This document shows, piece by piece, positions 25,309 to 38,412 of a DNA stretch of 64,000 nt. The position numbers and the translations under genes were made by a program. The first letter of the stretch is position 1. Every line of letters starts with the position of its first letter. Origin of the DNA: Mustelus asterias (taxonomy: Eukaryota); contig NC_135808.1 in assembly GCF_964213995.1 (NCBI RefSeq), forward strand, positions 3,596,001 to 3,660,000, given 5' to 3'. The notes under the pieces are model-generated. The model worked only from the letters and a program-made list of their open reading frames with translations. It did no database searches and was not told the DNA's origin.

Positions 25309-25694
25309 TAATATAGTCTCATTAGAGGGGCAGAGTCAGGTCGGATGCCCCTCTTGGTCTCTCACTGCCTGAACCTGTTGATGGTGAGTTTGGCCAGGCC
25401 TAGGAGCATGTTCATGAGGAGGTTCTCCTCCTTCCCCGCCCTACCCTGTGCACCAGGTGACCATGTTTCCTGCCTAAGAGGGGACTCCACCCCCCTAGGG
25501 TGAATTTCAAAAAAATTAATTTTTTTTATTGGTAGTTTTCAATACTTTATCTCTAATCAAAAAGCCAATTCAAATTAAGTCCAATCATAGTCCCCAAATG
25601 AGGGACAACACAAGATACTGCATCCCACCTTGGGCTCGATCAAACAAGATCTAAGTTCACAGGATGAGGCATTGCCCCTCCCGGGCCTGATCTA

Positions 25695-25722
25695 ACACTT
25701 CATATTAGCCAAAAGGCCGAGA
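25695..25722 (-). pseudogene. U2 snRNA 5' fragment (about nt 7-34)
   Basis: - strand TCTCGGCCTTTTGGCTAAtATgAAGTGT is 26/28 identical to recalled vertebrate U2. Confidence 0.85.
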
Positions 25723-25989
25723 TGGCTTGAAGAAATTACATCAGGTAAAGCCTCGGTTTTACCTCATTGGCTATCCTGATCCTTTACTCCACCCCAACTT
25801 GGGCAAACCACGATCGCAGGCGTCAGCACATCCCAAGAACAATGGGCTAGCCTTGTCTCCTATTTGATCATGGTTTCACCCCTACCACCCTCCAGGGCGA
25901 TTATCCACTCTCAGGCCCACCTGGTTCCCCCAAGCCAGGTGACCCTTACTCTGCTGTGCTTCCCTTAAAGAGACTATTACACATTCGTT

Positions 25990-26450
25990 AACTTTGATTT
26001 TGATTTACTATTGTCACATGTATTAGTTGTACAGTGAAAAATATTGTTTCTTGCGCACTTTACAGACAAAACATACCATTCGTAGAGTACATGGGGAGAA
26101 AAGAAGACAGTGCAGAATATAGTGTTATTAATTCCCAATTGGAGGTGGAAGAGAGTATGCCCAGGGTGTGTGGGGTCCTTAATTATGCTGGCTGCTTTTC
26201 TGAGACCGTAGGAAGTGTAGACAGTGTCAATGGATGGGGGGCTGGTTTGCGTGATGGATTGGGCCACATTTTGTAGGTTTTTGCGGTTTTGGGCACAACA
26301 GGAACCATACCAAGCTGTGATACATCCGGAAAGGATGCTTTCTATGGTACATCTGTAAAAATTGGTGAGAGGTGTGGCAGACATGCTGAATTTCCTTAAC
26401 CTCCTGAGCAAGTAAAGGCGTTGGTGGGCTTTCTTAACTACAGTGTCGGT
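25990..26450 (-). mobile_element. Rex1/Babar LINE 3' fragment
   Basis: LRRLRKFSMS..FYRCTIESILSGCITAWYG motif and an aaatc-repeat tail. Confidence 0.85.
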
Positions 26451-26589
26451 GTAGAGGAACTGCGGTTTAATATTGGGAAAGAGAGTTTTAAAAGTTTCAA
26501 ATTATGCACTGTATTTTCCATATGGGCGAATTTGCTCATGAAAGAAAGATCAGTTACTCTTTTTGAAAAAGAGCCATCTTGTTTCAGTA

Positions 26590-27060
26590 TTGTTCAATCC
26601 CCGCTTCACACATTTCCCGCCCTCTGCCTCCCCGTTCCCCCCCCCCCCCCATCCACGTGCGCTCTGGCAATTGGTGTTTGAAACTCAGCCCCTTCCCCGC
26701 CAGGCGCACGCGCCGCAATCCCCAATCAGCCTCGCGCTCCCTCCAGCTCACTGCTCCCCCGCAGTGCCGCGCGCTCTCTCTCGTGCCAATCCCCCAATCA
26801 CAATCTTTCGTCCCCCTCCTCCCCCCACCCCGTCTTTTCCCGCTCGCCCACCCTCCAATCAGAGCGGGGCTTTTCCAGCTCCGCGCTCGCGCTGTGACCG
26901 TTGAGGTTTGAATCTTCAACTGCCGCCCGCTCTTTAGTCTGCGCCGAGCCCTGGTCCAGAGCGGCTGTGTTCACTCTGCCGCTTTCAAAAACAAATTTAA
27001 ATTCAGGGAAAACCTGTTCGCATTTGACAGAATGAAGAATATCGATTGTAGCAGCCGCAG
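26590..27060 (+). promoter_or_regulatory. CpG-island promoter with clustered CCAAT boxes and a CHR-like TTTGAA
   Basis: CpG-dense and non-repetitive; CCAAT at 26722, 26786, 26794 and 26855, ATTGG at 26670; TTTGAA at about 26677 and 26907. Confidence 0.7.
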
Positions 27061-27459
27061 TGAGATGAGTCGGTTGTCTGACTGAATATGAGGACCTTAG
27101 TGAGGAATGTGAGAAGAAAAAGACACCGAATGGTCATTGAAAACAGCGGAATACGACGCTACCAATAAGTTGCGTCGTCACCAAATGCATGTGCAATATT
27201 CTTTAATTTATAGACTTGCTCTGTTTATAATGTTTCAAGTTTCCTCTTGTTTCTCTTTCAGGGGCACGTTCATGTGATTCTGGGGCAACCCAGGGTCACA
27301 ATTTCTCTCGAAGAGACATCCAGACTCGAAACGTTAGCTCCATTCTCTCTCCACGTATGCTGTCAAACCTGCTGAGATTTTCCATAATTTCCTGTTTTTG
27401 TAACATTTTCTGATCTATTTTAGCAGAAGACTAAATTCAAGAATGAATTACATAAGATC

Positions 27460-27765
27460 CCAAATGCACAGACCATTTACAACGTGAGACCAAATCCAGA
27501 GACTATTCACATCATTTAAAAAAAAATTATTGTGCAGCCTCCAAATATTCCATGTTTCTTAGAATGGTAATTGCTCATATTCATGAGACACCAAATCCAG
27601 AGGTCGCTTACAATGAGAGACAAAGTCCAGGACAATTTGTATTGAGAGACCAAATCCAGGAACAATTTACACCGAGGAGCCGAATCAGGCATTACTTTAC
27701 ACCAAGAGAGCAAATCCAGGGATCACTTACACTGAGGGACCAAAGCCAAGAGCCATTTACTGACC
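27460..27765 (+). repeat. Degenerate ~30-bp tandem repeat
   Basis: Recurring gagaccaaatccagg..ca.tttacac units. Confidence 0.6.
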
Positions 27766-28475
27766 CAGCTGGGAGGATGGTCTAAGAAGAAGGAGGAAAC
27801 ATAAAAAAGATCTTCATCAGAGACCTAATTCAAAGAAAAAGGTCAACATTTCAAAGAATTTAACAACTGCTTTTGGAAATGTGCCGCGGTGCTATGAGAA
27901 ATAGGCATGTTGCTTTATTAGAATTGCAGCTTGGAGTTGCCTCCCTTTTTAGGCAACATTTCTTTCTATTGTTGATGTAATTGTCTTGCACGTGAAGACC
28001 ATGATAGTTCGGGGAGAGGGGAGAACAAAAGAAGAACAAGATTCACACCTGCGTCTCAAAGAAGGCTGAAGTTAGGGTGGAATGTATCTATAAAAAAAAA
28101 CCCTTTTATCAAAACCTCACTGCCTTGCACAGGACAGATGAAACTGTCTTGGTGTATGCAACACAATAAGTATTGCTGATTTCCATCTTGCACTCATCAG
28201 GACATTCACAAAAAGGGACACCAACATATATTACTGCATGAGAAAAAAATGGTGATTGGTTGGCAAGTGGTATCTGGTGGTGGTGTTGCCACATGGAGAA
28301 TGCATCAGTTGATAGTGACCGACATAACCTAGCATTGTTTGAAATTTAAATGAGGCAGCTTGATCCTGATTGGTTAAGACTTTGCTCTGGGGAATGAATC
28401 AGTGAAAGGCTGTCGCTTATTTTGTTTAGCTGAAACAGGCATAATGTTCTTTCTGTCTGCAAAGAACAGTGCTTT

Positions 28476-29470
28476 TGTAATGTACTAACTATATTAAGGG
28501 TTGTGAGTTTTAAAGACAAAGATGTGATTTGCACACATCTTAACAACAACAAGGTTTATTGTAAGAGCTGTTGCCTGTACAGAAATTAAGTAACAGCCTG
28601 TGAAACACCCTAATGACATCACCATCAAAATCATGTGATGAGCTCTTATTGCAATCATGCAATCACTTAAATATATAACATCCTTCCCCCTTACCTTCTG
28701 TGGTCATAGCAACAAATTACTACAATATTATTCATGGGATCAATAATACACTAGACACAGTACTATGCACCATTAATCATTATATACAGTCAATAAGAAA
28801 GTCAATCCGGTGAATGTTGATTCCTCTCTGGTTGTATACAATGTTCTGGAATTGGGTCGTCCTTGACCCTAGAAGTATGATTTGGAACTTCAGTGGACAC
28901 GTCTTCTCTTGGAACTAATTCTGCATCATTCTCACATGGTATAGTAACAAAGACATAATCATCAGGCAACTGATATTCAACTAAGTCTTCCATATTAGTA
29001 TATTCTCAACACTAGCAACTAAAGAAGTCGGTACTTCTGGAGATAATTTTGAGAAAACAACAATTGGTCAGCATGGCATCGCCAAAGAAGTTCACTTTCA
29101 GTTTGAACTGTGTAAGAAATTGGAACTGTTTTTGCTAAAACTATGGCTGGTACCCATTTCTCATTTGTGGCAAATTGTACACTAACACTCGATCGCCTTG
29201 TTGTAATGAGCATTGTTTTGCCCCCACTTTTCATACAGCAATTTGAGGTTGTTGATGCTCTACTATCTCTGAAGATTCTGAAGGTAATAACAAATCAAAA
29301 GTAATTCTCAACTTTCTCTTTGGGGAGTTGCATGAGTCGTGTTTCTAAAAGAAGCCAAAAAGCTATGTGCATGACATGATAATGAATCTTGCTCTCTTGA
29401 AGCTTTTAAAGAATGTTTCAAACATTGTAAGATCTTTCCGCTAATCCATTGGTTGATTGATGATGAGGTC
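28476..29470 (-). mobile_element. Gypsy 3' LTR (28476-28680), PPT and integrase C-terminal relic
   Basis: - strand AAGGGGGAAGGA then TGTTATA...TTACA; ORF 29019-29234 KWVPAIV...SYTV...WRCHADQL. Confidence 0.8.
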
Positions 29471-30371
29471 CTCGGCATTAACATTGGCCAGAAACTGAAC
29501 TGGATCAGCCATATAACTCAAAAACAAAAAATGCTGGAAAATCTCAGCAGGTCTGACAACATCTGTGGAGAGACAATAGAGCTATTGGCCGGAACTTTAC
29601 TGGGGCGATTCCGGGGCGGGTGAGGCTCGCAAAATGGAAATCTCCATTGGCCTTGGGCGTGATTTTACGATCTCGTCAGAGTGAAGTCATAAAATACCAC
29701 CCAATGTTTCCAGTCTGGATGTCCCTTCATCAGAGCTGAAAACAAAGAATATAGGACAAGATTTATACTGTAAGGGTTAATGTGTATGTGTGTGTGTGTG
29801 TGGTGGTGGGGGGGGGGGGGGTTGGTGTAATTGACCAAGATGTCATAGACAAAAAGACAAAGGGAATGTAAATGGTGGTGATTAACACTGAGAATGGTGC
29901 TAACAGCGTCCATTAAGAGATCAGAATGTGTAAATTGCAGAACAAAGATGCAGAGTTTCAACCTGCCACATGTGGCAGGTGGCCCAAGTGCGGCGGTGGG
30001 AGGGAACAAACAAGATGGAAAGTGAGATGTCGAAATGGACAAATGAAACGATGGAAGAAATTAAAATTAAAAATATATAATAAGAATATAAGTAATAAAA
30101 ATCGATTAATAAGATAAAAAGAAATAAAATAAATGCAAATAGAGTGGAGGTGGAAGAGAGAGTTCATGCTCTGAAGTTATTGAACTGAATGTTCAGTTTG
30201 AAAGTCTGTAAAATGCCTAATTGGAAGATGAGGTGCTGCTCCTCCAGTTTGCATTGGACTTCAACTGGAATATTGCAACAGGCCAAGGACAGACATGTGG
30301 ACATTATTTAAGTTTATTAATTTTATTTATTAGTGTCACAAGTAGGCTTACATTAACACTGCAATGAAGTT

Positions 30372-30740
30372 AGAATCATAGAATCATAGAAACCCTACAG
30401 TGCAGAAGGAGGCCATTCGGCCCATCGAGTCTGCACCGACCACAATCCCACCCAGGCCCTACCCCCACATATTTACCCGCTAATCCCTCTAACCTACACA
30501 TCCCAGGACGCTAAGGGGCAATTTTTAACCTGGCCAATCAACCTAACCCGCACATCTTTGGACTGTGGGAGGAAACCGGAGCACCCGGAGGAAACCCACG
30601 CAGACACGAGGAGAATGTGCAAACTCCACACAGACAGTGACCCGAGCCGGGAATCGAACCCGGGACCCTGGAGCTGTGAAGCAGCAGTGCTAACCACTGT
30701 GCTACCGTGCCGCCCAACCACTGTGCTACCGTGCCGCCCA
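30372..30740 (-). mobile_element. HE1 V-SINE nested in an alternative-tail V-SINE fragment (about 30308-30795)
   Basis: Full HE1 with a tandemly duplicated 24-nt head end; host tail gaagtta resumes as aagttactgtgaaaa. Confidence 0.9.
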
Positions 30741-31179
30741 GTTCACAAGTTACTGTGAAAATCCCCTAGTCACCACACTGCGGCGCCTGTTCGGATAGTG
30801 TGTTGAAATAGCAAGCATCAGGCAAGTCTGGGTCCTGTTTTTGGACGGACCAAAGGTGTTCTGTAAAGCGGTCTAGCCAGTCTGCCTTTGGTCTCTCGGA
30901 TGTAGAGTAGACCACAGATTAAAGTGCTGCTTTACATGAAAAAGAGTGCTTGGGCCCTGGAATGGTGAAGAGTGAGGAGGTAAAGGGGCAGGTGTTGCAC
31001 CTTCTACAATTGGATGGGGAGGTGCCGTGGGTGGTGGGTCAGGTCTTGGGTGTGATGGAGAAGTGGATCAGGGTGACCCAGAGGAAATGGCCCCTACGGA
31101 ATGCTGACAAGGGGAGTGAGGGGAAGATGTGTTGGGTTAGTGGCATCATGATTTGACAGAGGCTGATGCTTTGAATATT

Positions 31180-31500
31180 GGGCAGCATGGTGGCACAGTG
31201 GTTAGCACTGCTGCCTCACAGTGACAGGGACCCGGGTTCAATTCCCATCTTGGGTCATTGTGTGGAGTTTGCACGTTCTCCCTGTGTCTGCGTGGGTTTC
31301 CTCCGGGTGCTCTGGTTTCCTCCCACAGTCCAAAGACGTGCTGGTTAGGTAGATTGGCCATGCTAAATTGCCCCTTAGTTTCAGGGGGACTAGCTAGGAT
31401 AAAATGCGTGGGGTTATAGGGATAGGGGCTGGGTGGGATTGTGTTTGGTGCAGACTTGATGGGCTGAATGGTATCCTTCTGCACTGTAGGATTCTATATT
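31180..31500 (+). mobile_element. HE1 V-SINE
   Basis: Head, V-domain and CR1-type tail. Confidence 0.9.
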
Positions 31501-32299
31501 GAGAATATGGAGGCTCGTGGGATGAAAAGTGAGGACAAGGGAGAACCTATTCCAGTTCTGGGAGGGAGGGGAGAGGTGTGAGAGTGGTGGTGTGGGAGAT
31601 AAGTACGATATGGCTGAGCGCTCTGTCAACCACAGTGGGTGGAAAACCACAATTAAGGAAGAAGGAAGATGTCAGCGCCATTATGGAAAGTAATCATCGG
31701 AACAGATGTGACGGAGGTGAAGGAACTGAGAGAATGGGATGGAGTCCTTACAGAACGTGGGGTGTGAAGAGCTGTAGTCAAGATAGCTGTGGGGGTTGGT
31801 GGGCTTGTAATTGATACTGGTGGACAGTATCACCAGAAATGGAGACAGAGGTCAAGAAAGGGCAGAGATGGGAGATGTTAAGGTGATAGAGGGGTGGAAA
31901 TTGGAAGCAAAATTGATAATTTTTTCCAGGTCCAGATGAGAGCACGAAGTGACACTGAAGTAGTTGATGTACCAATGAAAGAGTTGTGAGAGGGGGCTGG
32001 AGTAGGACTGGAACAAGAAATGTTCCACACACCCCATAAAGAGACAGGCATAATTGGGACCCACGTGCGAACCATAGCCACACCTTTTATTTGGAGGAAG
32101 TGAGACAACCAAAAGGAGAAATTGTTGAATGAGATAACATGTTCGCCAGACGGAGAAGTGGTGGTGGATGGGGATTGTTCAGGTCTCTGTTCGAGGAAGA
32201 AGGAAAACAGCTGTCAAGCCATCCTGATGGGGAATGGAGGTGGAGAGGGATTGTACATCCATGGTATGGAGGAGGCTGTTTAGGCCAAGGAACTGGAAG

Positions 32300-32606
32300 T
32301 TATTTAAGTTTATTAATTTTATTTATTAGTGTCACAAGTAGGCTTACATTAACACTGCAATGAAGTTACTGTGAAAATCCCCTAGTCACCACACTGCGGC
32401 GCCTGTTCGGCTCCACTGAGGGAGAACTTAACATGGTCAATGCACCTAAGCAGCACGTTTTTCAGACTGCGGGAGGAAACCGGAGCTCCTGGAGGAAACC
32501 CACACAGACATGGGGAGAATGTGCAGACTCCGCACAGACAGTGACCCAAGCCGGGAATCGAACCTGGGTCCCTGGCGTTAAGGCAGCAATGCTAACCACT
32601 GTGCCA
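32300..32606 (-). mobile_element. V-SINE, alternative-tail family
   Basis: Matches 24066-24345. Confidence 0.85.
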
Positions 32607-33779
32607 AATCATGGATGAAGGTGGGAAGAGACTGGACAAGAGGAGAGAGGATTGAGTCAAGAGGAAGAAATTATTGCAGTGGGCAGGAGCAGGCTGACAC
32701 AATGGGCTTACCGGGGGAGTGCTGTTTCTAGATTTTGTGAAGGAGGTACAGGTAGGCCATCCAGGGTTGATAGACTATGAGGTTGGAAGCTGTGGAGGGA
32801 GGATCTCAGGAGGCGATGAGGTCAAATGACAGTCCTGGGTACAGTGTCTTGATATTTGGTGGTGGAACATGGTCCAGGAGAAGGTAGGAAGAAGCACCTG
32901 AGAATTGGCGCTCAGCCTCTGTGAGGTAGAGGTCAATACGCCAGACAACAACACCACCATCCTTGCCGGCAATGATAGACTGGTCTACATTCACAACCCT
33001 TTGTAGTTTCTACGGTCTTAGAGCAGGAGTCACACCAAGCTGTGGTTTGATGACAACGTCAGGTTTGGACATGAGAGAGCAAAGTGCAGCAAGTTCAGAA
33101 GGTGACAGGATGAGAGGAGCAGAGAAATTGAGACAGCCAATGACACATCAACAGTTCTTGATAAAAAGATCAAGAGCAGGTAGGAGGCTAGAGGGATGTA
33201 ACAAGGTGAAAAGAGAATATCGGAGGCAGGTGAAAGGATCTGTTGAAATTGGGGTGAAGGGGAGGGGTGCAGGACTCCTGCCTAAAGAAGTGAGCACAGA
33301 GACAAAGGTGGTGAAGAAGAGTTCAGCAATATGTTGAGCCCGAAGTTCATTGAGGTGAGGACATAAGTGTATGAAGCTACGGCTTTTATGGAGTACAGCA
33401 CATTCAGCATCAGAGAGGGGACAGTCAGGGTTTTGGTGAATAGACGGCAAGGGTTGAGGTTGGGGCAGGGGGATGGGGTCTGGAAGAGGAGGAGGGTCCT
33501 GGATAGGTATTGGTATCGATGAGTTGTTGGTGCTTGCATTCCTCAACACCTGAAAGGAAGAGAAAAAGCTTAAGGGATCAGATGAGATGAAGAATGAAAC
33601 GAAACTGGCGATAAGGACAGTTTTGAGTTTGAGTGAATCGGTGCTGCTCAAGAGAGACATCAAGTGTGTGCATATGGTATCACATGGCACTGAGTGTGGA
33701 TCTCAGGATGTGGCGAGAGTAGCATAGAATAGGTTGTAATCGGGAGAATAGGTTGTATGTCCTGAAGATAACTGTAATC

Positions 33780-34445
33780 TTTTGATTTGATTTATTATTG
33801 TCATATGTATTGGTATAACAAAAAGTATTGTTTCTTGTACGCTACACAGATAAAGCATACTGTTCATAGAGTACAGAGGGGAGAAGGAAAGGAGAGGGTG
33901 CAGAATGTAGTGTTATGGTCATAGCTACAGTGTAGAGAAAGATGAACTTAATGTAAGGTAGGTCCATTCAAAGGTCTGATGGCAGCAAAGAAGAAGCTGA
34001 TCTTGAGTCAGTTGATGCTTGATCTCAGACTTTTGTATCTTTGTCCTGATGGAAGAAGGTGGAAGAGAGTATGTCCAGGGTGTGTAGATCCTTGATTATG
34101 CTGGACGCTTTACTGAGGCAATGGGAAGTGTAGATGGAGTCAATGGATGGGAGGCTGGTTTGCATGATGGACTGGACTACATTCACAACCCTTTGAAGTT
34201 TCTGCAGTCTTGGTCAGAGGAGCCATACCAAGCTGTGATACATATGGAAAGGATACTTTTTATTGTGCATCTGTAAAAAGTGTTGAGGATGGTTGTGGAT
34301 ATGCTGTATTTCCTTAGCGTCATAAGAAAGTAGAGGCCTTTGTGGGCTTTCTTAACTTATAGCTTCATCATGGAGGGACCATGGCCAGATTGTTGGTCAT
34401 GTGGACACCGAGAAACTTAAAGCTCTTGACCATTTTCAATTCATC
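33780..34445 (-). mobile_element. Rex1/Babar LINE 3' fragment
   Basis: tttgatttgattt tail; similar to 39647-40280. Confidence 0.8.
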
Positions 34446-36219
34446 CCCTTGGATGACTCCAAATTCTGAGTGGATTTGAAACATGAGAGGTGGAACTTCA
34501 GTTGCAATTCACGTGGGGTAAGTCGGAGATGGAGACAGCTGCTGAAGAAGGAAATATGGTTGTAAGAGCGAGTTTTAGTCAACACCTGGTTGAACACCAG
34601 GAGCAAAATGGAAAGCAATGAAAGTGGACAGGTAAAATAAACAAACATAAATTCTGTTGAGAGAAAAGCAATGTTTCTTCTGGGTAGGCATTCCTGGAAG
34701 AGAAGTGATGGTGAGCTAGACACTAAGATAAAAGCAAAATACTATGAATGCTGGAATCTGAAACAAAACCAGAAAATACTGACAAATCTCAGCAGGTCTG
34801 ACAGCATTTTTAAGTTTATTTATTAGTGTCACAAGTAGGCTTACATTAGCACTGCATTGAAGTTACTGTGCATCTGTGGAGAGACATTCTACTCTGAATG
34901 ACTCTTCATCAGAGCTGAAGACAAAGAAAATAGGACGTGATTTATAATTTATACTGGAGGGATGAGTGGTGGTGGTGGGGGGGTGGGGGGGCGGGGGGGG
35001 AGGGTGGTTTGTTGTCATTGACCAAGATTTCGTAGACAAAAAGACAAAGGGAATGTAAGTGGTGGTGATAAACACTAAGAATGGTGCTAACAGCATCCAC
35101 TAAGAAATCGGAATGTGTAGATGGCAGAACAGAGATGCAGATTGTCAAAGGACAACCTGAGGCATGTGGCAGATGGCCCTGGTCGGGTGGGGGTAAGGGA
35201 AGAAATAAGATGGAAAGTGAAATGTAGAAGTGGACAAATGAAATGATGGAAGAAATTAAAATTAAAAACAAATAATGAGAATATAAAGTAATAAAAATAG
35301 ATTAATAAGATAAAAAGAAATGAAATTAATGGGAACGGAGTGAAGGTGGAGGAGAGAGTTCATGCTCTCAAGTTGTGGAACTGAATGTTCAGTCTGGAAG
35401 GCTGTAAGGTGTCTAATCGGAAGATGAGGTGCTGTTCCTCCAGTTTGTGTTGGGCTTCATGGAGACGTTGCAACGAGCTAAGGATGGACATGTGAACAAG
35501 AGAGCAAGATGGTGTGTTGAAATGGCAAGTGACAGGAAGGTCTGGGTCCTGCTTGCGAGTGGACCAAAGGTATTCTGCAAAGCGGTCACCTAGTCTGCGT
35601 TTGGTCTCTCCACTGTAGACTGTACTGGGAACAGCGAATGCAATGGGCCAGGTGAAAGGAGGTGCACGTGAAGCACTGTTTCACCTGAAAAGAGTACTTG
35701 GATCCTGGGATGGTGAGCAGGGAGGAAGTAAAGGGGCAGGTGTTGCACCAACTACGATTGCATGGGATGGTGCCGTGGGCAGTGGGTGATGTGTTTGGTG
35801 TGATGGAGGACTGGACCACCGTGTCCCTGAGGGAACAGTCCTATGTAATACTGACGGGGAGTGGAGTGAGGGGAAGATGTGTTTTGTGGTGGTATCATGC
35901 TAGATTTGGCAGAAATGCAGAGGGTGATCCTTTGAGTGCAGAGGCAGTTGGGTGAAAAGAGAGAACAAGGTGGGCCTTCTCCTGGTTCTGGGTGGGAGCG
36001 GTGTAAGAACGGTGTTGCGGGAGATGGATTGGATACTGCTGAGACCCTTGTTAACCACAGTAGGTGGAAAACCGCAATTAAGGGAGAAGGAAGACATGTC
36101 AGCTATCATAGAAAGTAGCATAATTGGAACAGATGTGGTGGAGGTGAAGGAACTGAGAGAATGGGATGGATTCCTTACAGGATGTGGGATGTGAAGATGT
36201 GCAGTCAAGATATAAGGGA

Positions 36220-36541
36220 TTGATGCAGTGGTATTGCTGCTGGACAAGTAATCCAGAGACACAGTGTATTGCTCTGGGGACCCAGGTTTGAATCCCACCA
36301 TAGCAGAAGATGAAAATAGAATTCAATAAAAATCTGGAATCAAGTGTCTAATGATAACCATGAAACCATTGTTGTCATAAAAATCCATCTGATTCACTCA
36401 TGTCCCTTAGGGAAGGAAATCTAACATCCTTACCTGGTCTGGCCTACAAGTGATTCTAGACCCACATCAATGTGTTTGACTCTTAATTGTCCTCAGTTGG
36501 CCCAGCCAGTGACACCCGCGTCCCATGAGCGAATAAAAAAA
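36220..36541 (+). mobile_element. LF-SINE-like tRNA SINE
   Basis: A/B-box head (gcagtggtatt...ggtttgaatccc), core cccttagggaaggaaatct..ccttacctggtctggcctac, tail cccatgagcgaataaaaaa. Confidence 0.7.
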
Positions 36542-38412
36542 GCTGTGGGAGTCAGTGGGCTTGAAATGGATACTAGTGGACAGTCCATCACCAGAAATGG
36601 AGACAGAGAGGTCAAGAAAAGGAAGAAAAGTGTCAGAGATGGATCATGTTAAGGCGATAGGGGGGTGGGATTTGGAAGCAAAATTGATAAATCTTTCCAA
36701 GTCCAGACAAGAGCATGAATTAGCATCGAAATAGTCATTATTGTACCGATGAAGAGTTGTGGGAGGGGTGGAGTAGGACTGGAACAAGGAATGTTTCACA
36801 TTCCCCATAAAGAGATAGGCATTGTTGGGACCTATGAGGGTACCCATGGGCACACCATTTTTTTGGAGGAAGTCACACAAGTTAAAAGAGGAATTGTTGA
36901 ATGAGAGAACAAGTTCAGCCGAATGGAGGAGAGCAGTGGTGGATGGGGATCATTCAGGTCTCTGTTCAAGGAAGAAGCGAAGAGCTCTCAGGTCATCCTG
37001 GTGGGCAATGGAATTGTAGAGGGATTGAACATCCATGGCAAGAAGGAGGCGATTTGGGCAAGGGAACTGAAAGTTGCTGATGTGGCGTAGGGCATCAGAG
37101 GAATCGCAGATGAAGGTGGGAAGGGACTGGACAAGAGGAGAGGATGGAGTCAAGTTAGGAAGAAATTATCTCAGTGGGGCAGGAACAGGCTGACATGATG
37201 GGCCTACCAGGCAGTCCTGTTTGTAGATTTTGTGAAGGAGGTACAAGTGGACTGTCCAGTGTTAGGAGACTATGAGATTGAAAGCTGTGGAGAAAGGAAC
37301 TCAGGAGGAGATGAGGTTATTGATAGTCCTGGAAATAGTGGCTTGATGTTCGGTGGTGGGGACATGGTCCAGGAGAAGGTAGGAGGAAGTGCCTGAGAGT
37401 TGGCGCTCAGCCTCTGTGAGGTAGAAGTCAGTACGCCGGACAAAAACACCACCATCCTTGTCGACGGGTTTGATGATAAATTTAGGTTTCAACCTGAGAG
37501 AGCAAAGTACAGCAAGTTCAGAAGGAGACAGGATGAGAGGAACAGAGAAATTGAGACAGCCAATGGCACATCAACAGTTCTCAATGAAAAAATCAAGAGC
37601 AGTTAAGAGGCTGGAGGGATGGGTCCAGGTGGAGGGAGAATATTGGAGGCAGGTGAAAGAATCTGTTGGGGTGGCGGGGGGGGGGGGGGGGCGGGGTGCG
37701 GAGAGGACTCCTGTCCAAAGAAGTGAACATGGAGACAAAGGTGGTGAAGAAAAGTTCGTCATCATGTCGAGCCCGAAATTCATTGAGGTGAAGACGTAAG
37801 TGTACAAAGCAAGGTTTTTGCTGAGTACAGCCTGTTCAGCCTCAGTTCAAAGGGTTTAGTGAATACACGGCAAAGGTTGAGGTTGGGGGGTGGATAGGGT
37901 CCAAGGGACGGGAAGAGGAGGAGGGTCCTGGATGGGTGTTGGTATTAATGAGTTGTTGGAGCTTGCATTCCTTAACACCTGAAAGGAAGAGAAAAAGTTT
38001 CTTGTTGAGGCGTCGAATGAGACGAAGAATGTAATGAAACTGGAGATAAGGACAGCTTTGAGTTAGCGTCAGTCGGTGTTGGTGGAGGAAGATATCAAGT
38101 GTGTGCATATGGTGTCACATGGCACTGAGTGTGGATCTCAGGATGTGTCGAGAATAGCAGTCTGAGGAACTTTGCATGTCCTGGAAGTACTTGTAATCTG
38201 TGGTGGATGCGAAATATGAGGGGTGGGACTTCAATTGCAGTCCATGTGGGGTAAGTCAATGATGCAGACACTTGCTAAGGGCGAGTATTGGTAAACACCT
38301 TGTCGTTACCAGGAGCAAAATGGAAAGCAATGAAAATGGACAGGGTAACAGACACAAGCGTTAATTCTGTTAGAGAGAAGAGTAGTATTTCTTCAGGGTA
38401 GTCATTACTGGA

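Larger units (their letters stand above)
24460..25725 (-). mobile_element. Internally deleted Tx1-clade (Keno-like) LINE headed by a U2 snRNA fragment, split by a CR1
   Basis: - strand reads LLMNMLLGLAKLTINR (about 25365-25415) and VSLEREHVVSMG..EAF (about 24600-24665), a Tx1 ORF2 C-terminus; U2 fragment at the 5' end. Confidence 0.7.
29517..34725 (-). mobile_element. Penelope-like element copy A (degraded), with nested SINEs, Rex1 and MITE
   Basis: FLQIKGVAM/GPNYACLFMG RT motif (31852-32112), DKGGxVVVW-like motif, shared terminal repeat aaaatgctggaaaatctcagcagg. Confidence 0.8.

Noticed and set aside
25695-25722. Functional U2 snRNA gene
   Set aside because: Only about 28 nt match; the Sm site and 3' stem-loops are absent.
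26563-26919. Pro/Arg-rich ORFs on both strands
   Set aside because: Composition artefacts of the CpG island.
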